Shown here in pieces: positions 1 through 9,939 of a DNA stretch of 64,000 nucleotides; the stretch's first letter is position 1; every line of letters starts with the position of its first letter. The stretch lies in assembly GCA_963764715.1 (NCBI GenBank), contig CAVXTP010000010.1, forward strand, positions 64,001 to 128,000, in the 5' to 3' direction. Under the pieces are notes generated by a model. It saw nothing but the letters and a program-made list of their open reading frames with translations, did not search any database and was not told the DNA's origin. Made by a program: the position numbers and the translations under genes. Origin of the DNA: an uncultured Acidobacteriota bacterium (GTDB taxonomy: Bacteria; Acidobacteriota; Thermoanaerobaculia; UBA5066; Gp7-AA6).

Positions 1-56
1 AGGCGGGCCCGCACCTCGTCGTACTTGCGCCGGATGTCTTCGAGTCGTTCGAACAT
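1..56 (-). CDS. prfA: peptide chain release factor 1, N-terminal part (runs off window)
   Basis: ATG at 56 reads MFERLEDIRRKYDEVRAR, an RF1-like N-terminus; lies directly downstream of rpmE, a common gene order. Confidence 0.7.
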   Translation of the reverse strand, partial: MFERLEDIRRKYDEVRAR

Positions 57-180
57 GCGCAGCTTTCAGCCGTCAGCCTGCCGCCGACGGCGGGACGGAC
101 ATCGATCCGGCCGCTACAGGGCGTCGGCGTCGGAAGGAAAGGGCCGGGAGGCGATGGGGTCCATCCCCGCGTGAGGGCAG

Positions 181-399
181 CTAGGCCGAGGCGCCCGAGG
201 CCTTCTTCTCGTAGCGCTTGCGGAAGCGCTCGACGCGGCCGGCGGAGTCGACCAGCTTCTGCTTGCCGGTGAAGAACGGGTGGCACTGGCTGCAGATCTC
301 GAGGCGGAGCTCCTTCTTCGTGGAGCGGGTGGTCCAGGTCACGCCGCAGGCGCAGTGGACCAGGACTTCGTGGAGCTCGGGGTGAATGTTCGGCTTCAT
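181..399 (-). CDS. rpmE: 50S ribosomal protein L31 (Zn-binding, Cys-containing type)
   Basis: MKPNIHP...CACG...[30 protein letters not shown]. Confidence 0.97.
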   Translation of the reverse strand: MKPNIHPELHEVLVHCACGVTWTTRSTKKELRLEICSQCHPFFTGKQKLVDSAGRVERFRKRYEKKASGASA

Positions 400-521
400 G
401 GGAGGGCGCATTCTACGGATCCGGGCCCCCGGGCGCAAGCCCGGGCCCGCCGGCCGCCGGGACGGCCCGCCGGGGGGCCCCGGCGCCGGGCAGGGTAGAA
501 TGCCCAACTCTAAGGGAAGAA

Positions 522-2183
522 GTGTTTTACCTCTACGTCACCGCCCCCGGCATGGCCGCGCGCAAGCTGTCGCTCGACCGACCCGTCACGACGGTCGGCC
601 GGTCGTCGATGAACGATCTGCCGATCTCGGACAAGATGCTCTCGCGCCAGCATTCCCGGATCGTGCGCGGCAACGACGGGGCGCTCACGGTCGAGGACCT
701 CGGCTCGCGCAACGGAACGTTCCTGAACGGCGAGCGCCTGACCACGGTCCAGCCGCTGAAGCCCGGCGACCGGATCACGGTCGGCGGCGTGACGCTCAAG
801 GTCGAGTCCGAGTCGACGACCCGCGTCCGGATCGAAGGCGGCGGCGAGGATCCTCTCGACAACACCATCCTGAAGGCCTCGGCCGAGCTTCTGCGCGCGC
901 ACGCCACCGAGACCGATCCGCGGCTGCCGGCCGAGCAGCTCGGCAAGCTGATCGAATCGCTCCGCGTCGTCAACGAGCTCACGGTCGAGCTGCTGCGCGA
1001 CATATCGGTCGACGAGCTTCTGGGCTTTCTCATGGACAAGGTCTTCGAGACGCTCCATCCCGACCGCGGCCTCGTCCTGCTGCGCTCGCGGGCGACGGGC
1101 GAGCTCGCGCCGGCCGTGGTCCGCGTGGCCGAGGGGATCTCGGCCGAGGACATCCGCCTGTCGAAGACCCTGGTCGCCGCGGTCGTCGAGAAGCGCAACG
1201 GCCTGCTGCTCATGGACACGACCACGGGCTCCGGCGTTTCGCTCGCGGACTCGATCCGCCTCTCGGGCATCAAGTCGGTCCTGGCGGCCCCCCTCGAGAA
1301 CGCCGGCGAGGTCGTCGGGCTCATCTACGTCGACTGCCGGGTGGGCCACCGCTCCTTCGAGGAGGCCGACCTGCGCCTGCTGACCTCGCTCGCCAACGTC
1401 GCCGCGGCCAAGATCCAGAACGCGCGGCTCATGGAGGAGAACGCCGAGAAGCGCCAGATGGACCGGGAGTTCGCGCTGGCGCGCGAGATCCAGCAGCGGC
1501 TCCTGCCCGAGGAGCCCCCGCCCCTGCCGGGCTACGAGCTCCTCGGCTCGAACGTCGCGTCGCGGCAGGTCTCGGGCGACTACTTCGACTTCCGGCCGCG
1601 CCCCGACGGCAAGATCTACGCGACGATCGCGGACGTGTGCGGCAAGGGAGTCGGGCCGGCGCTGCTCATGGCCTCGCTCCAGGCCTCGTTTCACGCCTGG
1701 GCGGACGAGGGCGTCCCGGTCGCGGAAATGACGGGTCGGCTCTCCGAGGCGATCTCCCGCCGGACCGGTCCCGACCGCTTCATCACGTTCTTCCTCCTCA
1801 TCCTCGAGCCGTCGACGGGCGAGATCGAGTACACCAACGCGGGGCACAACCCGGGCCTGCTGCTCCACACCGACGGCACGACCGAGGAGCTCGGCTCGCA
1901 CGGCCTGCCGCTGGCGCTCTTTCCCGGAAAGCCCTACGGCTCCTCGAAGCTGACGCTCGCGCCGGGCGACCTCCTCTGCCTCTACACCGACGGCGTGACC
2001 GAGGCCAACAACCCGGCGGGCGACGAGTTCGGGATGCCGAAGCTGAAGGAGTTCATCGGGGCGCAGGTCGGGAAGTCGCCGACCGACGTCGAGGCCGGCC
2101 TCGCCCGCGTCCTCGAGGAGCACGCCCAGGGCGAGCCCTTCGCCGACGACCGGACTTTGGTGATGGTGAGACGGCTGCCGTAA
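522..2183 (+). CDS. FHA-GAF-SpoIIE (PP2C) serine phosphatase
   Basis: FHA motifs ([20 protein letters not shown]), central GAF, PP2C motifs SGDYFD, ADVCGKG, NAGHNP, YTDGVTE, DDRT. Confidence 0.9.
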   Translation: MFYLYVTAPGMAARKLSLDRPVTTVGRSSMNDLPISDKMLSRQHSRIVRGNDGALTVEDLGSRNGTFLNGERLTTVQPLKPGDRITVGGVTLKVESESTTRVRIEGGGEDPLDNTILKASAELLRAHATETDPRLPAEQLGKLIESLRVVNELTVELLRDISVDELLGFLMDKVFETLHPDRGLVLLRSRATGELAPAVVRVAEGISAEDIRLSKTLVAAVVEKRNGLLLMDTTTGSGVSLADSIRLSGIKSVLAAPLENAGEVVGLIYVDCRVGHRSFEEADLRLLTSLANVAAAKIQNARLMEENAEKRQMDREFALAREIQQRLLPEEPPPLPGYELLGSNVASRQVSGDYFDFRPRPDGKIYATIADVCGKGVGPALLMASLQASFHAWADEGVPVAEMTGRLSEAISRRTGPDRFITFFLLILEPSTGEIEYTNAGHNPGLLLHTDGTTEELGSHGLPLALFPGKPYGSSKLTLAPGDLLCLYTDGVTEANNPAGDEFGMPKLKEFIGAQVGKSPTDVEAGLARVLEEHAQGEPFADDRTLVMVRRLP

Positions 2184-2220
2184 CTAGCCGCACCCCGCCA
2201 GTCGGCTCGCGCGCTTCGAC

Positions 2221-2624
2221 GGGGTCAGGTCTTCGGTCGGATTCCGGCAACGGTGTCGCGCATGCCTGGCTGGTTCTTTGGAATCCGACTCGAACACCTG
2301 ACCCCAAGCGTGCCTTAAGGGCCGACCTCAGTAGCCGCAATCGGGGTCAGGTGTTCGAGTTTTCGGAGTTCCGACGCAGGGAATCCCCAGCCGCACGAGA
2401 ACCGGGACTCCGAAAACCGAAGACCTGACCCCCTCGAAGCGCGCCAGCTGCTTGCGGCCTGTTGCTTTCCGCGGAGCGACTCGAAGCCCGCGGTCGAGCT
2501 AACGCGACGCCGCTACTCCCCGAGAACCGGAACTCCGAAAACCGAAGCCTGACCCCCTCGAAGCGCGCCAGCTGCTTGCGGCCTGTTGCTTTCCGCGCAG
2601 CGACTCGCAGCCCGCGGTCGAGCT
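2221..2624. repeat. REP/REPIN-like cluster with GGGGTCAGG...CCTGACCCC ends plus a ~105-bp direct repeat
   Basis: Inverted pairs 2221-2245/2280-2305 and 2343-2373/2403-2432; near-identical direct repeat ~2397-2500 and 2521-2624; lies between convergent genes. Confidence 0.8.
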
Positions 2625-2637
2625 GGAGCGATGCGGC

Positions 2638-4002
2638 CTACTCCCGGATCTCCAGCCTCTTGATGATCTCGTGGAGCGTGGTCGGCTTGATCTTCAGCAG
2701 CTCGGCCGCCCGCTTCTGCACTCCGTTGGTCCGGCGCAGGGCCGTGCGGATGAGGCGCTTCTCGTACTCCTCGACCATCTGCTTGTAGGTCGCGCCGTTC
2801 TCGGGAAGGCGGATCGGGAGCTCTCCGCGGTCCGGCGAGAGGACGGTCTCCGGCAGCAGCGACAGTCCGATCCGTCCGCCCGGCGGGCAGAGCACGACGG
2901 CGCGCTCGATGGCGTTCTCGAGCTCGCGCACGTTGCCCGGCCAGTCGTGGTCGAGCAGGGCCCGGTAGGCTTCGGGATCGAGCCCGCCGATGGGCTTCGA
3001 GTTCTCCGAGGCGTAAAAGCGCACGAAGTGCTCGGCGAGCAGCGGGATGTCCTCCCGCCGCTCGCGCAGCGGCGGGATCGAGATGCTGATGACGCACAGC
3101 CGGTAGTAGAGGTCGTCGCGGAACTTGCCCTCGAGGACCATCTTCTTGAGGTCCACGTTGGTCGCGGCGATGACGCGCGTGTCGACCTTCTGCGTGTCGA
3201 CCGAGCCGACGCGCATGAACTCCTTCTCCTGGAGGACGCGCAGGAGCTTGGCCTGCGTCTCCATGGAGATCGTGCCGATCTCGTCGAAGAAGATCGAGCC
3301 GCCGTCGGCGACCTCGAAGAGGCCCTTCTTGTTGGCGATCGCGCCGGTGAACGCTCCCTTGACGTGCCCGAAGAGGTTCGACTCGAGCAGGTCCGTCGGC
3401 ATCGAGCCCGAGTTCACGGTCACGAACGGCGCGCCCGAGCGCGGCGAGTGCGTGTGGATCGCCCGCGCGACGAGCTCCTTGCCCGTGCCGCTCTCGCCCT
3501 CGACGAGGATCGTCGAGCGCGACGGGCCCGCGAGGCGGACGAGCTCGAAGACCTTGCGCATGCTCTCGGACTTGCCGACGATGCGGCCGAGGCCGTAGCG
3601 CAGGGACAGCTCCTCGCGCAGGCGCCGGTTCTCCTCGGTCAGCCGGCGGGCCTCGGAGCCCTTGCGGAGGGTCAGGAGGACCTCTTCGTTCTGGAACGGC
3701 TTGGGGATGTAGTGGAACGCCCCCTGCCGCATGGCCTCGATCGCGCCCTCGATCGAGGAGTACGCCGTGACGATGACGACGACGGCGTCGGGGTCGCGCT
3801 GGAGGATCTCGCGCAGCACCTCGAGCCCGGGGCGATCCGGCAGCATCAGGTCGAGGAGCACGACGTCGTACGGTTCGGCCTCGAACAGGGCGACCGCCTC
3901 GGAGGCCGTCGCCGCCGCGGTCACCTCGTAGCCTTCCCGGGTGAGGAGCGTTCCGAGGACGTCGCGGATGACCTCCTCGTCATCGACGACGAGGACCCTC
4001 AC
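2638..4002 (-). CDS. NtrC/PilR-family sigma54-dependent response regulator
   Basis: REC (VLVVDDE, LLDLMLP), AAA+ GESGTGKE, GAFTGA, FRDDLYYRL, WPGNVRELEN, Fis-type HTH; GTG start overlaps the kinase stop (GTGA). Confidence 0.93.
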   Translation of the reverse strand: MRVLVVDDEEVIRDVLGTLLTREGYEVTAAATASEAVALFEAEPYDVVLLDLMLPDRPGLEVLREILQRDPDAVVVIVTAYSSIEGAIEAMRQGAFHYIPKPFQNEEVLLTLRKGSEARRLTEENRRLREELSLRYGLGRIVGKSESMRKVFELVRLAGPSRSTILVEGESGTGKELVARAIHTHSPRSGAPFVTVNSGSMPTDLLESNLFGHVKGAFTGAIANKKGLFEVADGGSIFFDEIGTISMETQAKLLRVLQEKEFMRVGSVDTQKVDTRVIAATNVDLKKMVLEGKFRDDLYYRLCVISISIPPLRERREDIPLLAEHFVRFYASENSKPIGGLDPEAYRALLDHDWPGNVRELENAIERAVVLCPPGGRIGLSLLPETVLSPDRGELPIRLPENGATYKQMVEEYEKRLIRTALRRTNGVQKRAAELLKIKPTTLHEIIKRLEIRE

Positions 4003-6716
4003 GAGGGGGACCCCTCCGGCACGCGCGGCAGGTCCACCCGGGCCTCGGCGCCGCCGCCGTCGCGGGCGCCGAGCGCGATCTCGCCGCCGTGGCGGCGGAC
4101 GATGTCCCGGGAGATCGCGAGCCCGAGACCGGTGCCGCCGGACTTCTTGGTCGTGGTGAAGGGCTGGAAGATCCGGTCGGCCGGGACGGTCACGCCCGGC
4201 CCCCGGTCGGCGACGACCACGCGGATCGTCTCGCCGCGGGACTCCAGCCGGCACGTCACGGTGCCGCCCTCGGGCGACGCGTCGCGCGCGTTGGTCAGGA
4301 GGTTCACGAAGACCTGTTCGAGCTCGCGGGCGTCGCCGATGACGAGCGCGGGCGGGCCCTCGGCGTCGACCTCGAGCTCGAGCGTGCGGCCGGCGAATGC
4401 GGTCTCGACGGACTCGGCCGCGTTGGCGAGCACCAGCCGCAGGTCGGTCTTCTGGGGGGTGCGCTGGCGGGGCCGCGCGAACTCGAGGAGGTTGTTGACG
4501 AGGTGGGCCGCGCGGAAGGTCTGGCGCTCCATCTTCTTCAGGATCGAGTAGCGCGGGTCGCCGGGCGAGGTCTCCGAGAGGAGCATCTGGGCGTAGGAGG
4601 AGAGGCCGGCGATCGGGGTGTTGACCTCGTGGGCCACGCCGGCCGCGAGCACGCCGAGCGAGGCCAGCCGCTCGCGCTCGGCGAGCGCCCGCTCGGCCCG
4701 GATCCGGTCCGTCATGTCCTCGACGACGAGCACGCGGCGGTCGGGGGAGTCGCGGAACGCGGAGACGGAGAGCTGGAGGTCGCGCTCGTCGCCGTCGGCC
4801 GTCCGCAGGCGCGTCTCGAGCCGCCACTCGTCGCCGTTGCCCGGGGGCGTCCCCAGGTCGACGCCCGGCAGGACGCTCGAGAGCGGCAGGCCGCGCAGCT
4901 CGTCCTCGCTCTTCCCGGTCAGGACCGCGAAGGCGGGATTGGCGGTGTGGATCCGTTCGTCCGCGTCGAGGACCACGATGCCGGACGAGGACGAGCGGAT
5001 GACGCTCTCCTGGTACTCCTGGAGCGTGCGGATCTCCTCGAGGCGCGCGGCGAGCGCGCCGTAGAGGCGGGCGTTCTCGTACGCCAGGCTCGCCTGGGCG
5101 AGGACCGCGGCCATCAGCGCCTCGTCCTCGGAGGAGAGCGGGATGCGGCCGTCCTTGTAGCCGACGCCGAGGGCGCCGACGAGGTGGCCGCCGCAGCGCA
5201 TCGCGAAGAAGGCCCGGTAGCCGAGGGCGTGGAGACGCAGGAGCGCCGCCGGGGGCGACGCGCCGAACGCCGTGCCGCGCAGGCGCAGCTCGTCCTCGTC
5301 GCCGAGGGCCTCGGCCAGGGCGCCGGCGTCGGGATCGCGCGCGGGGCCCTCGAAGAGGAAGAGCGAGCAGGGAACGACGCGGAGCGCCTCCTCCACGCGC
5401 TTGACGATCGCCTGGACGACCTCTTCCCGCGGGCGGGGCGTCGCGAAGTCGCGCGCGATGTCGAGCAGCGCCCGGCGCGCGCGGTACGTGTCGTGGTACT
5501 GGATCCGCTCGAGAACGTCGGTGATGCGCTTCTTGACGGGAACGAGCAGCGACGCGAGCACGAGCCCCGACGCGAACGCGATGACGTTCTTGCCGGCCGA
5601 GGCCATGTCGCCGAGCGTGCGGTCGAGAAGCGAGTTCAGCAGCACGAAGGTCATGCCGCCGAGCAGGACCGCCCCCGTCGTTCCGACCGCCTCGCGAACG
5701 AAGATCTCGACGTCCCAGAGACGCCACTTCAGGATGGCGTAGGCGAAGGCGAGGGGAATGAAGACGAGCGGGACGACGGCGACGCTCGAGAGGAGCGGGG
5801 ACTCGAGCCCGAAGGCGCGCGGAAGCACCGACAGGATCAGGAACGGCGCGAGGCCGACGGTGACCCCGAGCCCGATCCAGCGCACCTGCTTGTCCGCTTC
5901 GGCGTCCTCGCGATGGCGGCGGACGAACTGGGCCACGCGCGCGAGGACCGCGGCGCCGTAGACGGCGAGATAGAGGAACCAGAAGCGCGTCGTGGCCTCG
6001 AGCATCGCGGCCGAGAACGGCGTCGGCCGCGCCGCGAGCAGCGCGATCTCCGCCAGAACGTAGGCCAGGGCCGGCAGGTACAGGACCGGGATCACCCGCC
6101 GCTCGCGGATCGGCCGCGGGAAGACGAGGAAGAAGTGGAGGAGCAGCGCCGGCAGGAATGCCCGGTAGACGTCCTCGGCCACCCAGGCCATCTTCCAGAG
6201 CGTGTCGCGCGGGCCCGCCGGCGTCAGGACGTAGACGCCGAAGGAGGCGAGGCAGAGCGCCCAGAACACGACCGCCACGCCCGTGCGCTCGCGGGCGATC
6301 GTGAAGAGCCCGATGACGAGGTACAGGAACCCGACGAACGCGAGAAACATGTACGTGACATCGAAGCGCACCGACGGCTCGGCGAGCGAGACGCCGCGCA
6401 CTTCGCCCGCGGTGATGACGACGAGGCGGTGGGGCAGGGGCTGGCGCGCGAGGGTGCGCTCGGGGTGGGGCAGGGACGCGGCGGTCTGGCCGTCGGCGAG
6501 GATGATCCGGTCGCCCGGCTTCAGGCCGGCGCGGGCGGCCGCGCTCTCCGGCTCGACCGAGCGAAGCAGCAGCGCCTCGCCCTCCCGGTCGTAGGTGAAC
6601 CCCGCGTTGGTGAAGCTGTCCACCTTGCGGGCGAAGGAAATGAAGGCGATGCCGACCGTCACGAGCGTGACGAGGGCCATGGCGGCGAACAGGGATCGTT
6701 TCGCCACGAGATTCAC
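3999..6716 (-). CDS. PDZ-multipass membrane-GAF-PAS sensor histidine kinase
   Basis: PDZ (SAAARAGLKPGDRII), several TM helices, H-box AHEVNTP, N-box NLLTNARDA, DRGPG, GTGLGL. Confidence 0.9.
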   Translation of the reverse strand: MNLVAKRSLFAAMALVTLVTVGIAFISFARKVDSFTNAGFTYDREGEALLLRSVEPESAAARAGLKPGDRIILADGQTAASLPHPERTLARQPLPHRLVVITAGEVRGVSLAEPSVRFDVTYMFLAFVGFLYLVIGLFTIARERTGVAVVFWALCLASFGVYVLTPAGPRDTLWKMAWVAEDVYRAFLPALLLHFFLVFPRPIRERRVIPVLYLPALAYVLAEIALLAARPTPFSAAMLEATTRFWFLYLAVYGAAVLARVAQFVRRHREDAEADKQVRWIGLGVTVGLAPFLILSVLPRAFGLESPLLSSVAVVPLVFIPLAFAYAILKWRLWDVEIFVREAVGTTGAVLLGGMTFVLLNSLLDRTLGDMASAGKNVIAFASGLVLASLLVPVKKRITDVLERIQYHDTYRARRALLDIARDFATPRPREEVVQAIVKRVEEALRVVPCSLFLFEGPARDPDAGALAEALGDEDELRLRGTAFGASPPAALLRLHALGYRAFFAMRCGGHLVGALGVGYKDGRIPLSSEDEALMAAVLAQASLAYENARLYGALAARLEEIRTLQEYQESVIRSSSSGIVVLDADERIHTANPAFAVLTGKSEDELRGLPLSSVLPGVDLGTPPGNGDEWRLETRLRTADGDERDLQLSVSAFRDSPDRRVLVVEDMTDRIRAERALAERERLASLGVLAAGVAHEVNTPIAGLSSYAQMLLSETSPGDPRYSILKKMERQTFRAAHLVNNLLEFARPRQRTPQKTDLRLVLANAAESVETAFAGRTLELEVDAEGPPALVIGDARELEQVFVNLLTNARDASPEGGTVTCRLESRGETIRVVVADRGPGVTVPADRIFQPFTTTKKSGGTGLGLAISRDIVRRHGGEIALGARDGGGAEARVDLPRVPEGSPS

Positions 6717-6729
6717 ACCCTGCGATTCA

Positions 6730-6862
6730 GCAATCCGAATGCCACGAAAACGGCTTCCCGGAGGCTCTCTAAGTCTTTGATATCAAAGGCTCCGCTGACG
6801 GCCCAAGGAATCGCCCCTCATCGATAACCAAGAATTTGAATATAGTCCAAAAAAACTTTGGA
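6730..6862 (-). promoter_or_regulatory. sigma54 promoter with IHF site and candidate upstream activator site
   Basis: Minus strand TGGCATTCGGATTGC (6744-6730, GG-N10-GC); TATCAAAGACTTA (6782-6770) matches the IHF consensus WATCAANNNNTTR; palindrome TCCAAA-N5-TTTGGA at 6846-6862. Confidence 0.75.
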
Positions 6863-6930
6863 TGCCGCGTAAGTGGCGTCGGGAAAGACCGTTGAGGGGA
6901 GAGGCCGCGGGCGAGGCGCGGGCCGGGCCG

Positions 6931-8829
6931 TCAGAAGGAGACGGCGACGCCGCCGAGGAGCCGGTTCGCGGTCGCCTTCTCGTCCTGGGGCTCGGCGACG
7001 GCCGTGCCCCTCGCCTGCTCGAAGGCGACGAGGAGCTTCCAGTCGGCGCCGAACGGCGTCAGGCCGATGATCGACAGGTCCTGCGCGACCGAGAGGGCGA
7101 GCTTGTCGGCGTCGTTGGCGAGCGTCGAGGCCGGCGTCTGGAGATTCTGCCGCAGGCTCCGGACGAGGACGGCGAAGCCGGTCCGCGTGGGCAGGACCTG
7201 GATCGCGGCGCGCGCCGAGTAGAAGTGGCCGGTGTTCGACGTGATGCCGTAGTAGCCGCTCGATTCCGGGGAGACCTCGCCGTCGATCGAGCCGTAGCGG
7301 ACCGAAACGCTGCCCGCGAGCGTGTCCGTCAGCTTCTTCTCGACCGTGGCGCGGTACTGGCGCACGGAGTTGCCGTCGAGCAGGTAGACGCTGTCGAAGT
7401 CGGTCAGGAAGTCGCCCTCGAAGAACGCCCGGACGAGCTCGCCCATGCGCTGCTGCGAGACCTCGAACTGGAGCGTCGAGTCGGACCCGACCCGGCGCGA
7501 CACGCCGATCGCGTAGGACTGCGTGGCGGCGGGCTCGAGGCTGTCCTCGATCGAGCCGACGCGGGGCATCACCGTCGGGTTGGCGGTCGAGCCGGCCACG
7601 CGGTACAGGCCGCGGACGTAGAGGGTCGCGGGCCCGAAGTCGTAGCTCGCGCCCGCCGTGGGGGCGATCCCGTAGGCCGACGTGCCGCTGCCCATGTAGC
7701 GCGCGACGACGCCGCCCTGGAGCAGCACCTGGTCCGTGACCTTGACCGACGTGCCGGCCGCGAGGTCCGCGTCGGGCGCCGACTGGTAGAAGGCGCCGTC
7801 GACGCCCACACCCGACGGGCCGACCGTCGCTTCGCTGTGCCGGTAAGTCATCGCGACCGAGACGCCCGGCGTGTCCGTCGCGGCGCGGCCGTACTGTCCG
7901 TTGACCTCCCAGGTGCGGGACGCGAGCGGGAAGATCGTCGTGCCGAGGGCGGTCGCGCGGTACAGGTTGGCTTCCTCGATGTAGCGCGCGGCGACCGACT
8001 CGACGCGGCCCTCTTCGGCGCCGCGGCTCCAGGAGACCGCGTGCGACTGGAGGCTCGCGGGGCTGTCGCCGAAGGACAGCGTGTTGCGCCGCGTCGAGAG
8101 GCGGAGCTTGTCGGCCGCCGACGTCGCGACGTCGAGCGCGAGGCCGGCCGCGTTGCCGGTCGTCTCGCCTTCCTCGACCTGGCCGCCGAGCGCGGAGTAG
8201 TCGCCGCTGATGCCGTACTGCCAGCCGTTGGGAAGCCCCCCGTGCAGGCCGACCGCGGTGCGCGACAGGGCGCCCGTCGATGCGGCGGAGACGTCCGTCA
8301 TGGTCTGGACCTCGCCCGCGAGCAGGCGCGAGACTGGGATGCTCGGCTGCGGCGAGGCCGCCGCCTCCGCTTCCTTGGTCGCCTGCTCCGGCGAGGGATC
8401 GATGCCGAGCTCGCGCAGCACGTCGGTCGGCAGCCGGTCACGCAGGTCCCACATCGTCACGGGCTCGACCGGCACGGGCGTGTCGCCGCCCTTCTTCGTG
8501 AGCGCGATCGAGACGGCCGAGACCTGGTCCGCCGTCGCCTGGTGCCAGAGCCGCTGCATCGCCGGCTCGAATCCGCGCTTGTACGCGATGAGGTCGTAGA
8601 CGCCGGCCGGCGCCGACGCGAGCACGAACGTCCCGTCGGTCGCCGTGCGCATCCGGGTCAGCGACGAGTCGCCCAGGTTGTACGCGATCACGAGAACGCC
8701 CGCGACGGGCGCCTGCTGGTGACGCACGACACCGGAGATCGGAGGAGCCGGCGGGGCCGCGTACATCGACGAGGCCGCTCCGCCGAGGAGCAGCGCCGTG
8801 AACGCGAGCGAGAGGAGGCGCCGTCTCAT
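6931..8829 (-). CDS. secreted carboxypeptidase-regulatory-like domain plus putative outer-membrane beta-barrel
   Basis: Signal peptide MRRRLLSLAF..., ISGVVR...TATDGTFVL..PAGVYDL motif, amphipathic strands, terminal Phe (GGVAVSF). Confidence 0.65.
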   Translation of the reverse strand: MRRRLLSLAFTALLLGGAASSMYAAPPAPPISGVVRHQQAPVAGVLVIAYNLGDSSLTRMRTATDGTFVLASAPAGVYDLIAYKRGFEPAMQRLWHQATADQVSAVSIALTKKGGDTPVPVEPVTMWDLRDRLPTDVLRELGIDPSPEQATKEAEAAASPQPSIPVSRLLAGEVQTMTDVSAASTGALSRTAVGLHGGLPNGWQYGISGDYSALGGQVEEGETTGNAAGLALDVATSAADKLRLSTRRNTLSFGDSPASLQSHAVSWSRGAEEGRVESVAARYIEEANLYRATALGTTIFPLASRTWEVNGQYGRAATDTPGVSVAMTYRHSEATVGPSGVGVDGAFYQSAPDADLAAGTSVKVTDQVLLQGGVVARYMGSGTSAYGIAPTAGASYDFGPATLYVRGLYRVAGSTANPTVMPRVGSIEDSLEPAATQSYAIGVSRRVGSDSTLQFEVSQQRMGELVRAFFEGDFLTDFDSVYLLDGNSVRQYRATVEKKLTDTLAGSVSVRYGSIDGEVSPESSGYYGITSNTGHFYSARAAIQVLPTRTGFAVLVRSLRQNLQTPASTLANDADKLALSVAQDLSIIGLTPFGADWKLLVAFEQARGTAVAEPQDEKATANRLLGGVAVSF

Positions 8830-9027
8830 ATGCCGGGCCCGAAGGTCCAGCTCCGGAGTATAGATTTCCTGCGTGTCAATTGCCACCGGTTCGGCGACTC
8901 CTCGGTCGGGGCAACGGCCTCGCCGAAGCCCATATTCCTGAGGAGTTTCCGAGGCCTCTCCGGAGGACACCGGCCGATCCCGGAAAGCCCCGATCTCGTC
9001 CCCCGAAAGAGGGCGGTCCTCCCGCGT

Positions 9028-9939
9028 TCAGCGGGAGCCGCGGTCCCAGGAAAACAGGCCCTTCAGGACCTGGCCGGCGATCGACGGGTTCTCCTTGAGG
9101 CGCCGCACCGAGTAGGCGTACCAGGACTCGCCGTAGGGCACGTACACGCGCAGGCGGTGGCCGTCGGCGACGAGGCGGCGGCGGAGCGTGCCGGCGACGC
9201 CGAGGAGCATCTGGAACTCGTACTGCTCGCGGCCGAGCCCCCGCCGGCGGATCGACGCCAGCGAGCGCTCGACGAGGAGCGGGTCGTGCGTGGCGATGCC
9301 GACGTAGCACTTCGCGTCGAACAGGATGTCGACGAGCTCCATGTAGGCCTGGCGGATGCGCTCCCGGTCCTGGTGCGCGATCGGGGGGGGCTCGACGTAG
9401 ATGCCCTTGCACACGCGCACGTTGCCGAGGACCTCCGCCACGCGGCGCGCGTCGTCGGGGCTGCGGTGGAGGTAGGCCTGGAGCACGATCCCGACGCGCT
9501 CGTACCTCCGGCGGAACTCGAAGTAGATCCGGAGGGTCTCCTCGGTCACCGACGAGTCCTCCATGTCGATGCGGACGAAGTTGCCGTGCTTGCGCGCCGC
9601 CTCGACGATCCGCGCGAACTGGGTGCGGCAGAACGCCGGGTCGAGCTTGAGGCCGAGCGCCGTGAGCTTGACCGAGACGTTCGAGTCGAGGCGGCGGGCG
9701 GCGATCTCCTCGAGCGCCTTCTCGTAGGCCCGCGTCGTCTGCTCGCACTCCTCGCGCCGCGTGACGTCCTCGCCGAGAACGTCGAGCGTCGCCATGCAGC
9801 CGTCGGCGTTGAGGCGCCCGACGAGGTCCATCGCCTGCGCGAGGGTCTCGCCGGCGACGTAGCGCGAGGCGAAGCGCTTCACGATCGATTTGGGGACGAG
9901 GGGGAGCGTGCGGACGATCGCCGCGTTCAGGGCCTTCAT
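9028..9939 (-). CDS. monofunctional proline dehydrogenase
   Basis: RYVAGET, LDVLGE, SVKLTALG, RIDMED, VLQAYL, RVCKGIY, ATHD, EFQMLLGV, RVYVPYG, RRLKENP. Confidence 0.93.
   Translation of the reverse strand: MKALNAAIVRTLPLVPKSIVKRFASRYVAGETLAQAMDLVGRLNADGCMATLDVLGEDVTRREECEQTTRAYEKALEEIAARRLDSNVSVKLTALGLKLDPAFCRTQFARIVEAARKHGNFVRIDMEDSSVTEETLRIYFEFRRRYERVGIVLQAYLHRSPDDARRVAEVLGNVRVCKGIYVEPPPIAHQDRERIRQAYMELVDILFDAKCYVGIATHDPLLVERSLASIRRRGLGREQYEFQMLLGVAGTLRRRLVADGHRLRVYVPYGESWYAYSVRRLKENPSIAGQVLKGLFSWDRGSR

Noticed and set aside
2397-2624. Possible CRISPR array
   Set aside because: Only two ~105-bp copies, no repeat-spacer periodicity and no cas genes
2638-5727. 1029-aa response regulator
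   Set aside because: The region above 4002 overlaps the kinase out of frame
8871-8885. GG-N10-GC motif upstream of the barrel gene
   Set aside because: Lacks TTGC at -12; a sigma70-like TGGCAA-17-TATACT fits better
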